A stretch of DNA of 64,000 bases, taken from NCBI GenBank assembly GCA_965246885.1, contig OZ251992.1, forward strand, positions 1,472,001 to 1,536,000. The letters are read 5' to 3'. Below, in pieces: positions 1 to 8,809 of this stretch. The translations under genes and the position numbers were made by a program. Position 1 is the stretch's first letter, and each line of letters opens with the position of its first letter. The notes under the pieces are model-generated. The model ran no database searches. It was not told where the DNA came from and saw only the letters and a list, made by a program, of their open reading frames with translations. Source of the stretch: Abditibacterium sp. GTDB taxonomy: Bacteria; Armatimonadota; Abditibacteriia; Abditibacteriales; Abditibacteriaceae.

Positions 1-1
1 C

Positions 2-880
2 GTCCTGAAAATCCACGACGGCACGCTCTATTTCAAAGAACCCGCCCGCTCGCGGGGTTGGGCACTCCTCGAAGAGTTCGAGCCAGACGCCGCTCGTGAT
101 TCCATTGGTCTCGTATCGCGGTGGCAACGCGCCGTAGACGCGGGGCAGTTCGGCGCCTTCGTGTCGCGGCGCGATTACTTCCCCAAGCTCCCCGTCCGCG
201 CACAAATTTTACTGCTTTTAACCGGCGACGGGAGTGGCTGGATGCGCGAGCACTTCGACCCCGACTGGTTCCTGCTCCCCGGCGACCGCGCCGCGCCGTT
301 CGATGTGTGGAACGACCTCGAAGTCGAAGCCACCGTCGAAGCCCGCTTGCCCTTCGCGCAACGCCAACTCATCAACCGCGCCATTCCGCGAGAAACCTTA
401 TCCACCGATGCACCGCGCTGGTTGGCCATGTCGGGCGATGAAATCGCGCGCGTAGTCACCGCCGCCGCCACGCTGTTTCTGTCGCCCGATGCCTTTTGGA
501 ACGAACCGGACAACCGCGTCCTCAAAATCCGCTCCCACTCCGCTTTTGCGCGCGGTGACATTGAGGGCCGCTTTCTCAAACACGCCCTCCACTCGCCCCA
601 ATTCGCCCGCGTCTGGAAACTGTTGGAGCCGCGAATTCAATACGTCGGCGTCCAGTGGCGCGAAGGCGGCGAGGAATCCGACCAATACGTGCGCCCCCGC
701 AACGAGGCTGTTTTCGCCGCCGGACTCGAAAAGTGGGGCCACCTCTGGCGCGGCAACTGGGCGCCCACCCGCGCCAGTTTTCCCATCGAAATCCCCGAAA
801 TCGCGGGCATCACCGCGCATGAAAGGCTGGAAGCGGGGCTGGTGTTGCGCGACTGGCTGCGGGGGCGGATGGGGAGATAG
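2..880 (+). CDS. Hypothetical protein, 5'-truncated by window edge
   Basis: Frame of ORF 161..880 stays open back to base 2 with normal GC3-rich codons; no family recognised. Confidence 0.6.
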   Translation, partial: VLKIHDGTLYFKEPARSRGWALLEEFEPDAARDSIGLVSRWQRAVDAGQFGAFVSRRDYFPKLPVRAQILLLLTGDGSGWMREHFDPDWFLLPGDRAAPFDVWNDLEVEATVEARLPFAQRQLINRAIPRETLSTDAPRWLAMSGDEIARVVTAAATLFLSPDAFWNEPDNRVLKIRSHSAFARGDIEGRFLKHALHSPQFARVWKLLEPRIQYVGVQWREGGEESDQYVRPRNEAVFAAGLEKWGHLWRGNWAPTRASFPIEIPEIAGITAHERLEAGLVLRDWLRGRMGR

Positions 881-888
881 AGGCGCTG

Positions 889-1893
889 TTAGCGTAGCCG
901 TTGCCGGAAAATCTCGCCTTTGGCGTCCATTAAGTAAACCGCGTCCCTGTTCTTGGTGAACGTCCACCCCCTGAGCGGCGCGGGCAGGTTGTTCTTGTGC
1001 CACAGCAGAACTTTTCCCGTGCGCCCATCGCGCACAATCAGCGCGTCGTGTTCGATGGTGACGAGCGTCTTGCCGCCGTCTTCCCATAAAGGCTCACAAG
1101 AGAACGTATAGAAACCTGTGTCCTTCGGTGCGGAAAACCAGAGGCGCTTGCCCGTTTGGGCGTCTCGAACATCGAAGCGATGGAGAAGATTGAACCAAAC
1201 CCAGATAAGCGACTTGTCCGGGGAAAGCTTCCATGTGTCGTACTCGTTAGCCGTTTTAAATGAATACTTTGGCTTGGTCGCACCATGCGGGAAGTAGGAA
1301 ATCTCTGACGCATCTTCAGGGAATCCTCCGATAGTGGGAATCCTTGCTTTCCAAGGCGAAGTTTCAGCCGGAAGAGTGCGGAGAAGTTCTCCTGTCTTTG
1401 CGTCGTAGAAGCGGCGTGAATGCTTGGTCTTTGTCTGAACCTCCTTCCCGGAAAAGCCAACGAGTTCCTCGTCTTCAAACAATCTGCACTTCCACAAGAA
1501 AACGCCCTGAACGGATTGAACATTCAAGGAGATGCCGCCATCGTCGTCCGAACGGTTGGTTTCAACAGCGATTAGGTGTGAATTGCTCGAAAACTCGATC
1601 TGATCACCATCTAACAACCTCTTCGAGGATGTATCAGAGTTCCAAAGCAAAAAACCTTGGTCAAATTCACCATTCGACAACGACCTCACGTCACCACTCG
1701 ACGCAAGCCATTTGTTGTCAGGGGAAAGATCGAGAAACCTTGGATCAAACCCAACAGCATTGACATGAGCCGGTTGCACTCCAATCAAGTGGGGCCGCCA
1801 ACTCGCAACCGACCGCGCCACGAAGAACAGGACGACCGGCACGCCCGCGCCAAGAGCGGACAAAACGCGCGCCTTCCGAGAGAACTTCGCCAT
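889..1893 (-). CDS. Membrane-anchored beta-propeller-like (WD40/PQQ-like) hypothetical protein
   Basis: Likely start MAKFSRK followed by a hydrophobic segment; repeated motifs LSPDNKWLAS, YDAKTGELL, RDAQTGKRLW, RDGRTGKVL. Confidence 0.6.
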   Translation of the reverse strand: MAKFSRKARVLSALGAGVPVVLFFVARSVASWRPHLIGVQPAHVNAVGFDPRFLDLSPDNKWLASSGDVRSLSNGEFDQGFLLWNSDTSSKRLLDGDQIEFSSNSHLIAVETNRSDDDGGISLNVQSVQGVFLWKCRLFEDEELVGFSGKEVQTKTKHSRRFYDAKTGELLRTLPAETSPWKARIPTIGGFPEDASEISYFPHGATKPKYSFKTANEYDTWKLSPDKSLIWVWFNLLHRFDVRDAQTGKRLWFSAPKDTGFYTFSCEPLWEDGGKTLVTIEHDALIVRDGRTGKVLLWHKNNLPAPLRGWTFTKNRDAVYLMDAKGEIFRQRLR

Positions 1894-2006
1894 GAAGCGT
1901 TTAGACCACGCCACGTGCGTCCGTTTCTCCGCGAACCGTAAACTTCCAACGCAACGGATGAAACAACCCCGCTTTCGGGCGGGCAGGGGAGACACCACAC
2001 ACGATC

Positions 2007-3866
2007 ATGGACGGAGCAGAAATTTTATTGGAATCCCTGAAACGCGAAGGATGCGACACGCTCTTTGGCATTTCGGGCGGCGCGATTTTGCCGATTTACG
2101 ATGCGCTCGGCAAACAAGACGACATTTGGAGCATCCTGACGCGCCACGAGCAGGGTGCTGGGCACATGGCCGAAGGCTACGCCCGCGCGACCGGGCGCGT
2201 TGGGCTGTGCATCGGCACCTCCGGCCCCGGTGCGACGAATTTGGTCACGGCCATCACCGACGCTTTCATGGACTCGACGCCGACGGTGTTCTTGAGCGGC
2301 CAAGTCGCTTCGGCCAACATCGGCAAAGACGCCTTTCAAGAATGCGACACCTTTGGCATCACCATGCCCATCGTCAAGCATTCCTACTTATTGAAGAACA
2401 CGCAGGACATCCCGCGCGTGGTCAAGGAAGCGTTCTACATCGCCCGCACCGGACGCCCCGGCCCGGTTTTGATTGACATTCCCAAGGACATCGGCGAGCG
2501 CGAGTTTCAGGGCGTCTTTGAATACCCCGAAACCGTGTCGCTGCGCGGCTACAAGCCCGAAGCCCCCGGCGCGCACGAGCAGATTCTGGCCGCCGCGCAA
2601 CTCATTGCCGACGCCAAGCAGCCGATTCTGTATGTCGGCAACGGTATCAACGCCGTTGACGCCGCCGACGAACTGCTCCAATTCGCCGAGTGGATCAACT
2701 GCCCCGTCACGACGACGCTGCTTGGGCGCGGCGCGTTTCCGGCGGGCAACCCGCTCGCCTTGGATATGCTCGGCATGCACGGCACCGCCTATGCGAACTG
2801 GGCGATGCACGAGACCGACCTCATCATCGCGCTCGGCGTGCGCTTCGACGACCGCGTGACCGGCAACCCCAAACAGTGGGCGCCCAACGCCAAAGTCATT
2901 CACGTGGACATAGACCCGGCAGAGCTTGGCAAAATCCGCTTCGCGCAAGTGCCCATCTGGGGCGACGTGAAGTTAGTTCTCAAGCAACTGCTCGCGGCTG
3001 TGGCGCCCAAGAACCACCGCGAATGGAACGAGAAACTCGCCAAGTGGAAAGCCGCCATGCCGCTCACCTACGAGAAAGAGGGCAAGCTCAAGCCGCAGTT
3101 CGTTCTCGAAGAACTTCAAAAGGCCACGCAAGGCGAGGCGATTCTGACGACCGATGTCGGCCAGCACCAGATGTTCGCGGCGCAGTATTACCACCCCAAG
3201 CGCACGCGCTCGTTCATCACGTCGGGCGGTTTGGGCACAATGGGCTACGGCTACCCCGCCGCCATCGGCGCCAAAGTCGGCTGCTTGCAGGGGCATCGGC
3301 CCGACGCCGACGTGTGGTGCATCACGGGCGACGGCAGTTTCCAGATGAACATCCAAGAGTTGGCGACGGGTGTCATCTACGACATTCCCGTCAAAGTCGC
3401 CGTCCTCAACAACAGCAGCTTGGGTATGGTGCGCCAATGGCAAAAGATGTTCTACTCGAAGCGGTGGAGCGGCATTGACCTCACCAAGTGCCCCGACTTC
3501 GAGAAGATCGCGCAAGCCTACTCCGCGACGGGCGTCACCATCACCGAAGCCGACCAAGTTGCCGACGCCATCCGCGAAGCGCAAAAGAACCCCGGCACCG
3601 TCGTCCTCAACTTCCTCACCGATACCGAAGCCGACGTGTTCCCGATGATCCCCGGCGGCAAAACCGTCCACGACATGGTCGTAGACTCCAGTGCCCGCAA
3701 GATCAAAGTCGGCGGCGGCTACCACGACGCCGAACTCGCGGCAGCCAATGGCACCGATACCCCCGAAAAGGCCGCCGCCCTCCAAGAAGCCGTCGAAACC
3801 GCAACCGCCAACGCCTACGCGGGCGAATGGAACGACGACTTGAAAGCAGGCGAGCGGAAGGTTTAA
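2007..3866 (+). CDS. ilvB: Acetolactate synthase large subunit, biosynthetic type
   Basis: TRHEQGAGHMAEGYAR, TSGPGATN, DAFQE, TDVGQHQM, GDGSFQM..NN ThDP motif, GMVRQWQ. Confidence 0.96.
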   Translation: MDGAEILLESLKREGCDTLFGISGGAILPIYDALGKQDDIWSILTRHEQGAGHMAEGYARATGRVGLCIGTSGPGATNLVTAITDAFMDSTPTVFLSGQVASANIGKDAFQECDTFGITMPIVKHSYLLKNTQDIPRVVKEAFYIARTGRPGPVLIDIPKDIGEREFQGVFEYPETVSLRGYKPEAPGAHEQILAAAQLIADAKQPILYVGNGINAVDAADELLQFAEWINCPVTTTLLGRGAFPAGNPLALDMLGMHGTAYANWAMHETDLIIALGVRFDDRVTGNPKQWAPNAKVIHVDIDPAELGKIRFAQVPIWGDVKLVLKQLLAAVAPKNHREWNEKLAKWKAAMPLTYEKEGKLKPQFVLEELQKATQGEAILTTDVGQHQMFAAQYYHPKRTRSFITSGGLGTMGYGYPAAIGAKVGCLQGHRPDADVWCITGDGSFQMNIQELATGVIYDIPVKVAVLNNSSLGMVRQWQKMFYSKRWSGIDLTKCPDFEKIAQAYSATGVTITEADQVADAIREAQKNPGTVVLNFLTDTEADVFPMIPGGKTVHDMVVDSSARKIKVGGGYHDAELAAANGTDTPEKAAALQEAVETATANAYAGEWNDDLKAGERKV

Positions 3867-3884
3867 GTCGCGGTTAGGCACAGA

Positions 3885-3918
3885 AAGAGGGCGCGCTGCT
3901 AATGCAACGCGCCCTTTT
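3885..3918. terminator. Bidirectional intrinsic terminator between convergent ilvB and TerD-domain gene
   Basis: AGAGGGCGCGCTGC-taat-GCAACGCGCCCTTT hairpin flanked by A and T runs. Confidence 0.6.
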
Positions 3919-6011
3919 CACAACCAATCCGCGCCGATTCGCTCGCCGTCAAAGGGCGTGATGCCTTCTTCGACGCTGAAAACTGTTTGCGCGTCGGCTT
4001 TGGATTCGACCAAATGGCCGCGCGCCCCGGCGTGCAGACGGAACAGGTCGCCGAGCGTGGGTTTTTGGAGATGGAGCATGGCGCGTAGGAGGAGTGAAAT
4101 GCCGCCCAGATTGTTGTGAACGTTGTTCCAACTGGGTTCGCGTTTGAGCGCCATGTCTATCCACACCATTTCGCGCGCGTGCAAGTCCACCGCGAGTGGT
4201 AGGCAGATGCGCGTGTCGGAGGCAAGGTCGAAGCGGTCGAGGACGGTGCGCGGCTCGAAAATCTCGCCCGCCCCCGCGCTTTGACGTGCCATTTGTCCCG
4301 CGAAACATTCGGGTAGGTCGTGAAAGGGCTGGTCAGTGAAGGAGTTGACACACATGACCACGAAGCGTCCTCCCGCCGCGATGGTGCGCTTGATGTCTAT
4401 GTCTATAAACTCGGCGGCGCCTTCCGGCGCGTCCACGATGTCGCCGGAGTGCGCGCCGCCGTAGTTCTTCAGGTTGTAATACGACACGACATCTTTGTAG
4501 ATGAAGTTCTCGTCGTAAATGGCGGCGCTCAAATCGAGGTCGGTGCGCTCCTTGCCGTTGCGCCACCACAAAAAGAAGCGCACCACGTTCGCGTCGGGCA
4601 AGGCAATGCGCGAGCCGCGCCCAACCGTGCGCAGGGATTTGGAGGCGCTGCGAATGGCAAAAGGAACGGTGTAGGAATCGAGTCGTGTGTCCAAAAAGCA
4701 CGCGCCAAGCGGCTCCAATTTGGCGAAACGTGCGTGCAGTTCGTTTTCGAGGAGCGCCACGACGCGCTCGCGCACTGTTTCGTCGAGGGGCGCGAGCGCG
4801 CCGCTCCGTCCCCACGCTTTGGCGACTTGGCCTTTAGGGAAGAACACGCGCGGGTCGGTCGGACGGGCGCGGCCTTGAAAATGCGCGTGCATTTGGAGCA
4901 GAGCGGGTGTTGAAACGCGCGAGGCGACGCCCGCGAACGAATCGAGCGTTTGCATCCCGCCATCGTCCGCGCGGCGCAGTAGGGCGTCGAGGCGGCGCGC
5001 GAAATCGCCGGGGCGCCTCACAAGCGCCTCCAACGCCTCGGACAATTGCCCCGTTTCAAGCGCCGCTTCGATGCCCGCGTTGAACGAGCGCACCTTTTCC
5101 CCTTTCCGCAATGAAGCAAAAGCCGCCGCCGCGCGCGGGAACTTGGCGGCAAATTCGCCGGGGTGGAGCGCCTCGCCCAAACGAATCCAGCGCCCTCGCC
5201 AACGGTTCATGTCTTCGAGCGGGTTGGCGATACCCTCCAACAGGCCGAGCAACAAACGGCGTCGGGCGCGCGCGAATTTGAACTTGACGGGCGCGGCAAG
5301 TGACACATCCCCGCCGCACAGCGCGACGGCCAAGCGCAACATGTCCGTCGCGGTCGAGATACGCGGCCCGATCCACGCGGCCCCGCGCGTCGTATGCCCA
5401 ACGAGCAACGCGCCGACAAGCGCGAGCGTTTCGCGCGCCGGGACTTCATCGGGCAAAAGCGGGAGCGCGTCGTCGCCGAAGGTTTCGATGAACCAACGCA
5501 CGTCGGTTTGGTCGGTTTTGGACAACGAGCCTTTGGCGCGCACCAAATCGGTCAGAATCGAAAGGAAGTCGTTCTCGTCGCCCACTTCGATGACCTTGAG
5601 CGGGGTCTGCTCCTGTAGTTCGGGGCGCGGCGCCGATGGAAAAACGGGCAAGCGGTTGGTCAGATAATGTACGAGCGCGTTGACATACAAGCGCGCTTCA
5701 CTCATTTCCATCACTTGCGCCGGGAAGCCGGGATACATCGGCTTGAAGGTGACGTGCGCGCCGACCGCCCTTTTTAACGCCTCCCAAAACGGCGGATACC
5801 ACTCGCGCAGTTGGACAGCCGACAACTGTCGCACGCCAGACAGCGCCTCGCCTGATAGCGTCCAACCGAGCGATTCGAGATTCTTCAGTAGTGCCCCGAC
5901 GATGTTTGCGGGCAACTCCCAGTTCCCGCTACCGTCCGGCGCGGGCAAGGCGATTTTGCGCCGACGACGCAGATACAGTTCGGCGTTGATTTGGAGGCGG
6001 GCGGTCTGCAT
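3918..6011 (-). CDS. Large helical protein with C-terminal TerD-like domain (TerD family stress protein)
   Basis: C-terminal RFFLWW..RTDLDLSA..HSGDIVDAPEGAAEFIDIDI..VNSF is TerD-like; ~450-aa N-terminal region is Leu/Ala/Arg-rich and apparently helical. Confidence 0.8.
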   Translation of the reverse strand: MQTARLQINAELYLRRRRKIALPAPDGSGNWELPANIVGALLKNLESLGWTLSGEALSGVRQLSAVQLREWYPPFWEALKRAVGAHVTFKPMYPGFPAQVMEMSEARLYVNALVHYLTNRLPVFPSAPRPELQEQTPLKVIEVGDENDFLSILTDLVRAKGSLSKTDQTDVRWFIETFGDDALPLLPDEVPARETLALVGALLVGHTTRGAAWIGPRISTATDMLRLAVALCGGDVSLAAPVKFKFARARRRLLLGLLEGIANPLEDMNRWRGRWIRLGEALHPGEFAAKFPRAAAAFASLRKGEKVRSFNAGIEAALETGQLSEALEALVRRPGDFARRLDALLRRADDGGMQTLDSFAGVASRVSTPALLQMHAHFQGRARPTDPRVFFPKGQVAKAWGRSGALAPLDETVRERVVALLENELHARFAKLEPLGACFLDTRLDSYTVPFAIRSASKSLRTVGRGSRIALPDANVVRFFLWWRNGKERTDLDLSAAIYDENFIYKDVVSYYNLKNYGGAHSGDIVDAPEGAAEFIDIDIKRTIAAGGRFVVMCVNSFTDQPFHDLPECFAGQMARQSAGAGEIFEPRTVLDRFDLASDTRICLPLAVDLHAREMVWIDMALKREPSWNNVHNNLGGISLLLRAMLHLQKPTLGDLFRLHAGARGHLVESKADAQTVFSVEEGITPFDGERIGADWL

Positions 6012-6015
6012 AACG

Positions 6016-6043
6016 AAAAAGCGCCCGATGGGGTCGGGCGCTT
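6016..6043 (-). terminator. Intrinsic terminator immediately upstream of TerD-domain gene start
   Basis: Minus strand AAGCGCCCGA-cccca-TCGGGCGCTT-TTT, ending 4 nt before the ATG at 6011. Confidence 0.7.
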
Positions 6044-6049
6044 GAGGAT

Positions 6050-6110
6050 GTGGAAATCGAGGACTCTAAGGAGCGTTATAGTTACGAGAAGGAAGAACCC
6101 TCATAGCCAC
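6050..6110 (-). ncRNA. Candidate structured ncRNA displaying a 23S rRNA helix-69-like loop
   Basis: GUGG/CCAC closing stem, GAGGGUUCU/AGAGUCCUC 9-bp stem, pyrimidine-rich internal loop, apical CGU-AACUAUA-ACG; TATACT 7 nt upstream, terminator downstream. Confidence 0.6.
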
Positions 6111-6117
6111 GTGCGAA

Positions 6118-6123
6118 AGTATA
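6118..6123 (-). promoter_or_regulatory. Putative sigma70 -10 box (TATACT) for the ncRNA/TerD unit
   Basis: TATACT + 7 nt + G, the same spacing seen before many start codons in this window. Confidence 0.55.
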
Positions 6124-6140
6124 GCGGCGGCTCTAACCCC

Positions 6141-7532
6141 TCAATGTCCCGCTACCGGCGTTGCCCCCAGTAACTCCTGCACTTGCGCGAGATGCGCGTC
6201 GCGGGCTTGGGGCGAATTGGCTTCGAGGTTGAGGCGCAGGAGCGGTTCGGTGTTGGAGGAGCGGATGTTGAACCACCAGCCGCCGCTTTGGATGTCGCCC
6301 ACCTCGACGGTGAGGCCGTCGAGGGAGTCTAACGCGGCGCCTTGGGCGCTGTAGTGGGCTTTGAGTTTGGCTAAGGTGGCGGGCACGTCGGCGACGCGGT
6401 AGTTGATCTCGCCCGTCGCGCTGTATCTGCGCAGCGGCGCGATGTGCTGCGAAAGCGGCTTGTCCGAGTTGGAAAGCAGGTTGAGGACTTGGATAAGCGC
6501 CATCAAGCCGGAATCGGTGTGGGTGCAGTCGGCGAAATAGTAGTGCCCCGACAGTTCGCCGCCAAAACGGGCGCCGGTTTCGCGCAATAAACGCTTCATA
6601 AAAGTGTGGCCGACGCGCCCGCGCACCGCTTTGCCGCCGTGTTCTTCGATCCACTCCGGCACGGCTTTGGAGGAGCGCAGGTCATACAGGATGGGCGAGC
6701 CGGGGTTTGCCTTGAGCATTTCCCCGGCGATGAGGGCGGTGATGAGGTCGCTCGAAATCGAGGCGCCCGTTTCATCTACGAACATGCAACGGTCGGCGTC
6801 ACCGTCGAAAGCGACACCCAAGTCGAGGCCCTTTTCGCGCACCAAGGCTTCGATGTCGCGTAGGTTTTCGGCTTTGAGCGGGTCGGCCTCGTGGTTGGGG
6901 AAGGTGCCGTCCAACTCGAAAAAGAGCGGCACGAGTTCAAACTGTGGGGACGCCGCGAAGAACTCGGACAAGAAGAAACCGCCCATGCCGTTGCCCGCGT
7001 CTATGCCGACGCGCAGCTTTTTGGAGCCGTAGACACGGAAGTCGTTCATCCACGCGAGGTATTCTTCAAGAGCGCCGTCCACGACGATTTGGTTAGTCTC
7101 TTGCGCGACGGGCGCCGGGTCGGGGTTGTCGAGCGCGGCCAACACATACTCTTCGACATGGCGGAGAGCGCCGTCGTAATCGAGCGGGCGCGCTTCTTTG
7201 CCCGATACTTTGAAGCCGTTGTAGGCGGGGCCGTTGTGCGAGGCCGTCACTTGCACGCCGCCCGAACAATTGTAGCGGTTGATGGCCCAGTAGTTCATCG
7301 GCGTGGGCGCAAGGCCGACTTCGACCGTCGAAACGCCGCCCTCGCGCAGGCCCCGGCTCAGTTCGTCGAACATTTCGGGGGAGTGGGTGCGCATATCGCG
7401 GGTGAGCGCGAGCGACTGGTGCGGCCCGAAAACGCGCGCCGCCAAGCCGCGCCCGATGAGATAGGCCACGCGGGGTGTCAAAAACTCGCCGACCACGCCG
7501 CGAATGTCGTATGCCTTGAAGATGCCTGCCAT
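6141..7532 (-). CDS. Phosphomannomutase/phosphoglucomutase
   Basis: IFKAYDIRG start, VTASHNG catalytic Ser, FDGDADR metal loop, GGELSGH, RSSNTEP. Confidence 0.95.
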   Translation of the reverse strand: MAGIFKAYDIRGVVGEFLTPRVAYLIGRGLAARVFGPHQSLALTRDMRTHSPEMFDELSRGLREGGVSTVEVGLAPTPMNYWAINRYNCSGGVQVTASHNGPAYNGFKVSGKEARPLDYDGALRHVEEYVLAALDNPDPAPVAQETNQIVVDGALEEYLAWMNDFRVYGSKKLRVGIDAGNGMGGFFLSEFFAASPQFELVPLFFELDGTFPNHEADPLKAENLRDIEALVREKGLDLGVAFDGDADRCMFVDETGASISSDLITALIAGEMLKANPGSPILYDLRSSKAVPEWIEEHGGKAVRGRVGHTFMKRLLRETGARFGGELSGHYYFADCTHTDSGLMALIQVLNLLSNSDKPLSQHIAPLRRYSATGEINYRVADVPATLAKLKAHYSAQGAALDSLDGLTVEVGDIQSGGWWFNIRSSNTEPLLRLNLEANSPQARDAHLAQVQELLGATPVAGH

Positions 7533-7575
7533 GTTGAAAATGCGCGAGGGCGCGCTTTCCAATTTAACCGAAATA

Positions 7576-7682
7576 GAGCGACTGAAGTCGCAGCCAGCGA
7601 GGTCGTCGGCCTTCGCCGACGTTGTAACAGCTAATCCGTCGGCGAAGGCCGACGACCTCGCTGGCTGCGACTTCAGTCGCTC
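7576..7682. repeat. Perfect 46-bp inverted repeat (REP/REPIN-like)
   Basis: Arms 7576-7621 and 7637-7682 are exact reverse complements; 15-nt spacer; internal palindrome GCGACTGAAGTCGC. Confidence 0.9.
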
Positions 7683-7730
7683 AAACGTAATCCGCACGCG
7701 GGCCAGCGATTTGCGCCCACACTGTGCCGT

Positions 7731-8204
7731 ATGCCCCTCCAAAGCGCTACGCCCGCGCCAGAATTCCTCAATGCCTTCCTCGCCCGCGCCGGGTTGGCGC
7801 GCGATAACCGGCCCGTCGTGCTTGTGTTTTTGCGCTCCGATTGTCCTTGGTGCGCGAGCGAAGCGCCGCGCCTGAGCGACGTTTTCGCGCGCGCCGCGAA
7901 GCTCGACCTGCGCTTTGTCGGCGTTGCGGGCGGGCACGATTCCCCCGATTCTGCCGCCCGTTTCCGCGACGAAAAGCAGTTGAACTTCCCCGTTGTCGCC
8001 GACGACAACGGCGCGCTCACGACGGCCTTTGCCATTGAGCGCGTGCCAAGCGTCGTTGTCCTCAACGCGCACGGCTTGGTCGAGCGCACCTTCGCGGGCG
8101 TGACCGAGCAGTTGGCGGGCATCGTGGAGCGAAGCCTCGGCGCCGTCGCCGACGACCTGCCGCTCCCGACCTACGACATGATCGGCAACGGCTGCGCGCC
8201 CTGA
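7731..8204 (+). CDS. Thioredoxin-fold redoxin (TlpA/AhpC-TSA family)
   Basis: VLVFLRSDCPWC CxxC motif, FPVVAD, cis-Pro region RVPSVVVLN. Confidence 0.85.
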   Translation: MPLQSATPAPEFLNAFLARAGLARDNRPVVLVFLRSDCPWCASEAPRLSDVFARAAKLDLRFVGVAGGHDSPDSAARFRDEKQLNFPVVADDNGALTTAFAIERVPSVVVLNAHGLVERTFAGVTEQLAGIVERSLGAVADDLPLPTYDMIGNGCAP

Positions 8205-8217
8205 GGCCGGAAACTTT

Positions 8218-8748
8218 ATGGCCCTCAAACGAAGCCTGATATGGATGCTCTGCGGCGCCGTGTGCGGCGCTTTGGCTGGGGCGTTGGCGGCGAGTGTGAC
8301 GGCTACGGTGCTTGTTGGGACTACTTATATGCACAATGGGGCGTTGGACGCCTTGCTCAGTTTAGGCGTTACCGTGCTTTACGGTCTGTCTTTTGGCTGG
8401 CTTCCGGGTGCGCTGGCAGGCGGCGTGGCATTCTTGCTGTTGTCACTCCAACGGGTTGCTGGCCAAGAGCGCGACGCCCGCCGTCTCAATGGGTTACTTA
8501 GGATTGTTTCGCTATCAATTATTTGGGGGACGCCGTTGTTGAGTTTAGTATTGGTGGTATTTCGCCCTTGGGTTTGGCGTGTTTTTCCGGTATGGGGACA
8601 GTGGGTTCATCGAGATGCATTTTTAGCCATCATTGATGCGCGCTACTTCTTAGTCGCAATAGCCGCAACCATCGGAGCGATATGGGCGAGCCGGGTTTTT
8701 TCATCAGCGAAAGCGGAAGTTGACCCGGTGCCCATCGCGCGTCCGTAA
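8218..8748 (+). CDS. Hypothetical integral membrane protein (~4 TM)
   Basis: Four hydrophobic stretches; follows redoxin by 13 bp; lower GC. Confidence 0.6.
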   Translation: MALKRSLIWMLCGAVCGALAGALAASVTATVLVGTTYMHNGALDALLSLGVTVLYGLSFGWLPGALAGGVAFLLLSLQRVAGQERDARRLNGLLRIVSLSIIWGTPLLSLVLVVFRPWVWRVFPVWGQWVHRDAFLAIIDARYFLVAIAATIGAIWASRVFSSAKAEVDPVPIARP

Positions 8749-8809
8749 TTTTTGGGCCAAGACCGGAAGATGTTGGCAATTGACTGGCTCAGAAAAACCG
8801 AACTTCTTC

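Noticed and set aside
6066..6086. rRNA gene fragment or I-CeuI homing site
   Set aside because: Similarity to 23S stops after 21 nt, the GTAGCGA half of the I-CeuI site is missing and the flanks are not rRNA-like; treated as a possible mimic, not an rRNA gene
7533..8228. 231-aa N-terminal extension of PMM in the ORF track
   Set aside because: Runs through the inverted repeat and antisense to the redoxin; family homology starts at MAGIFKAYDIRG
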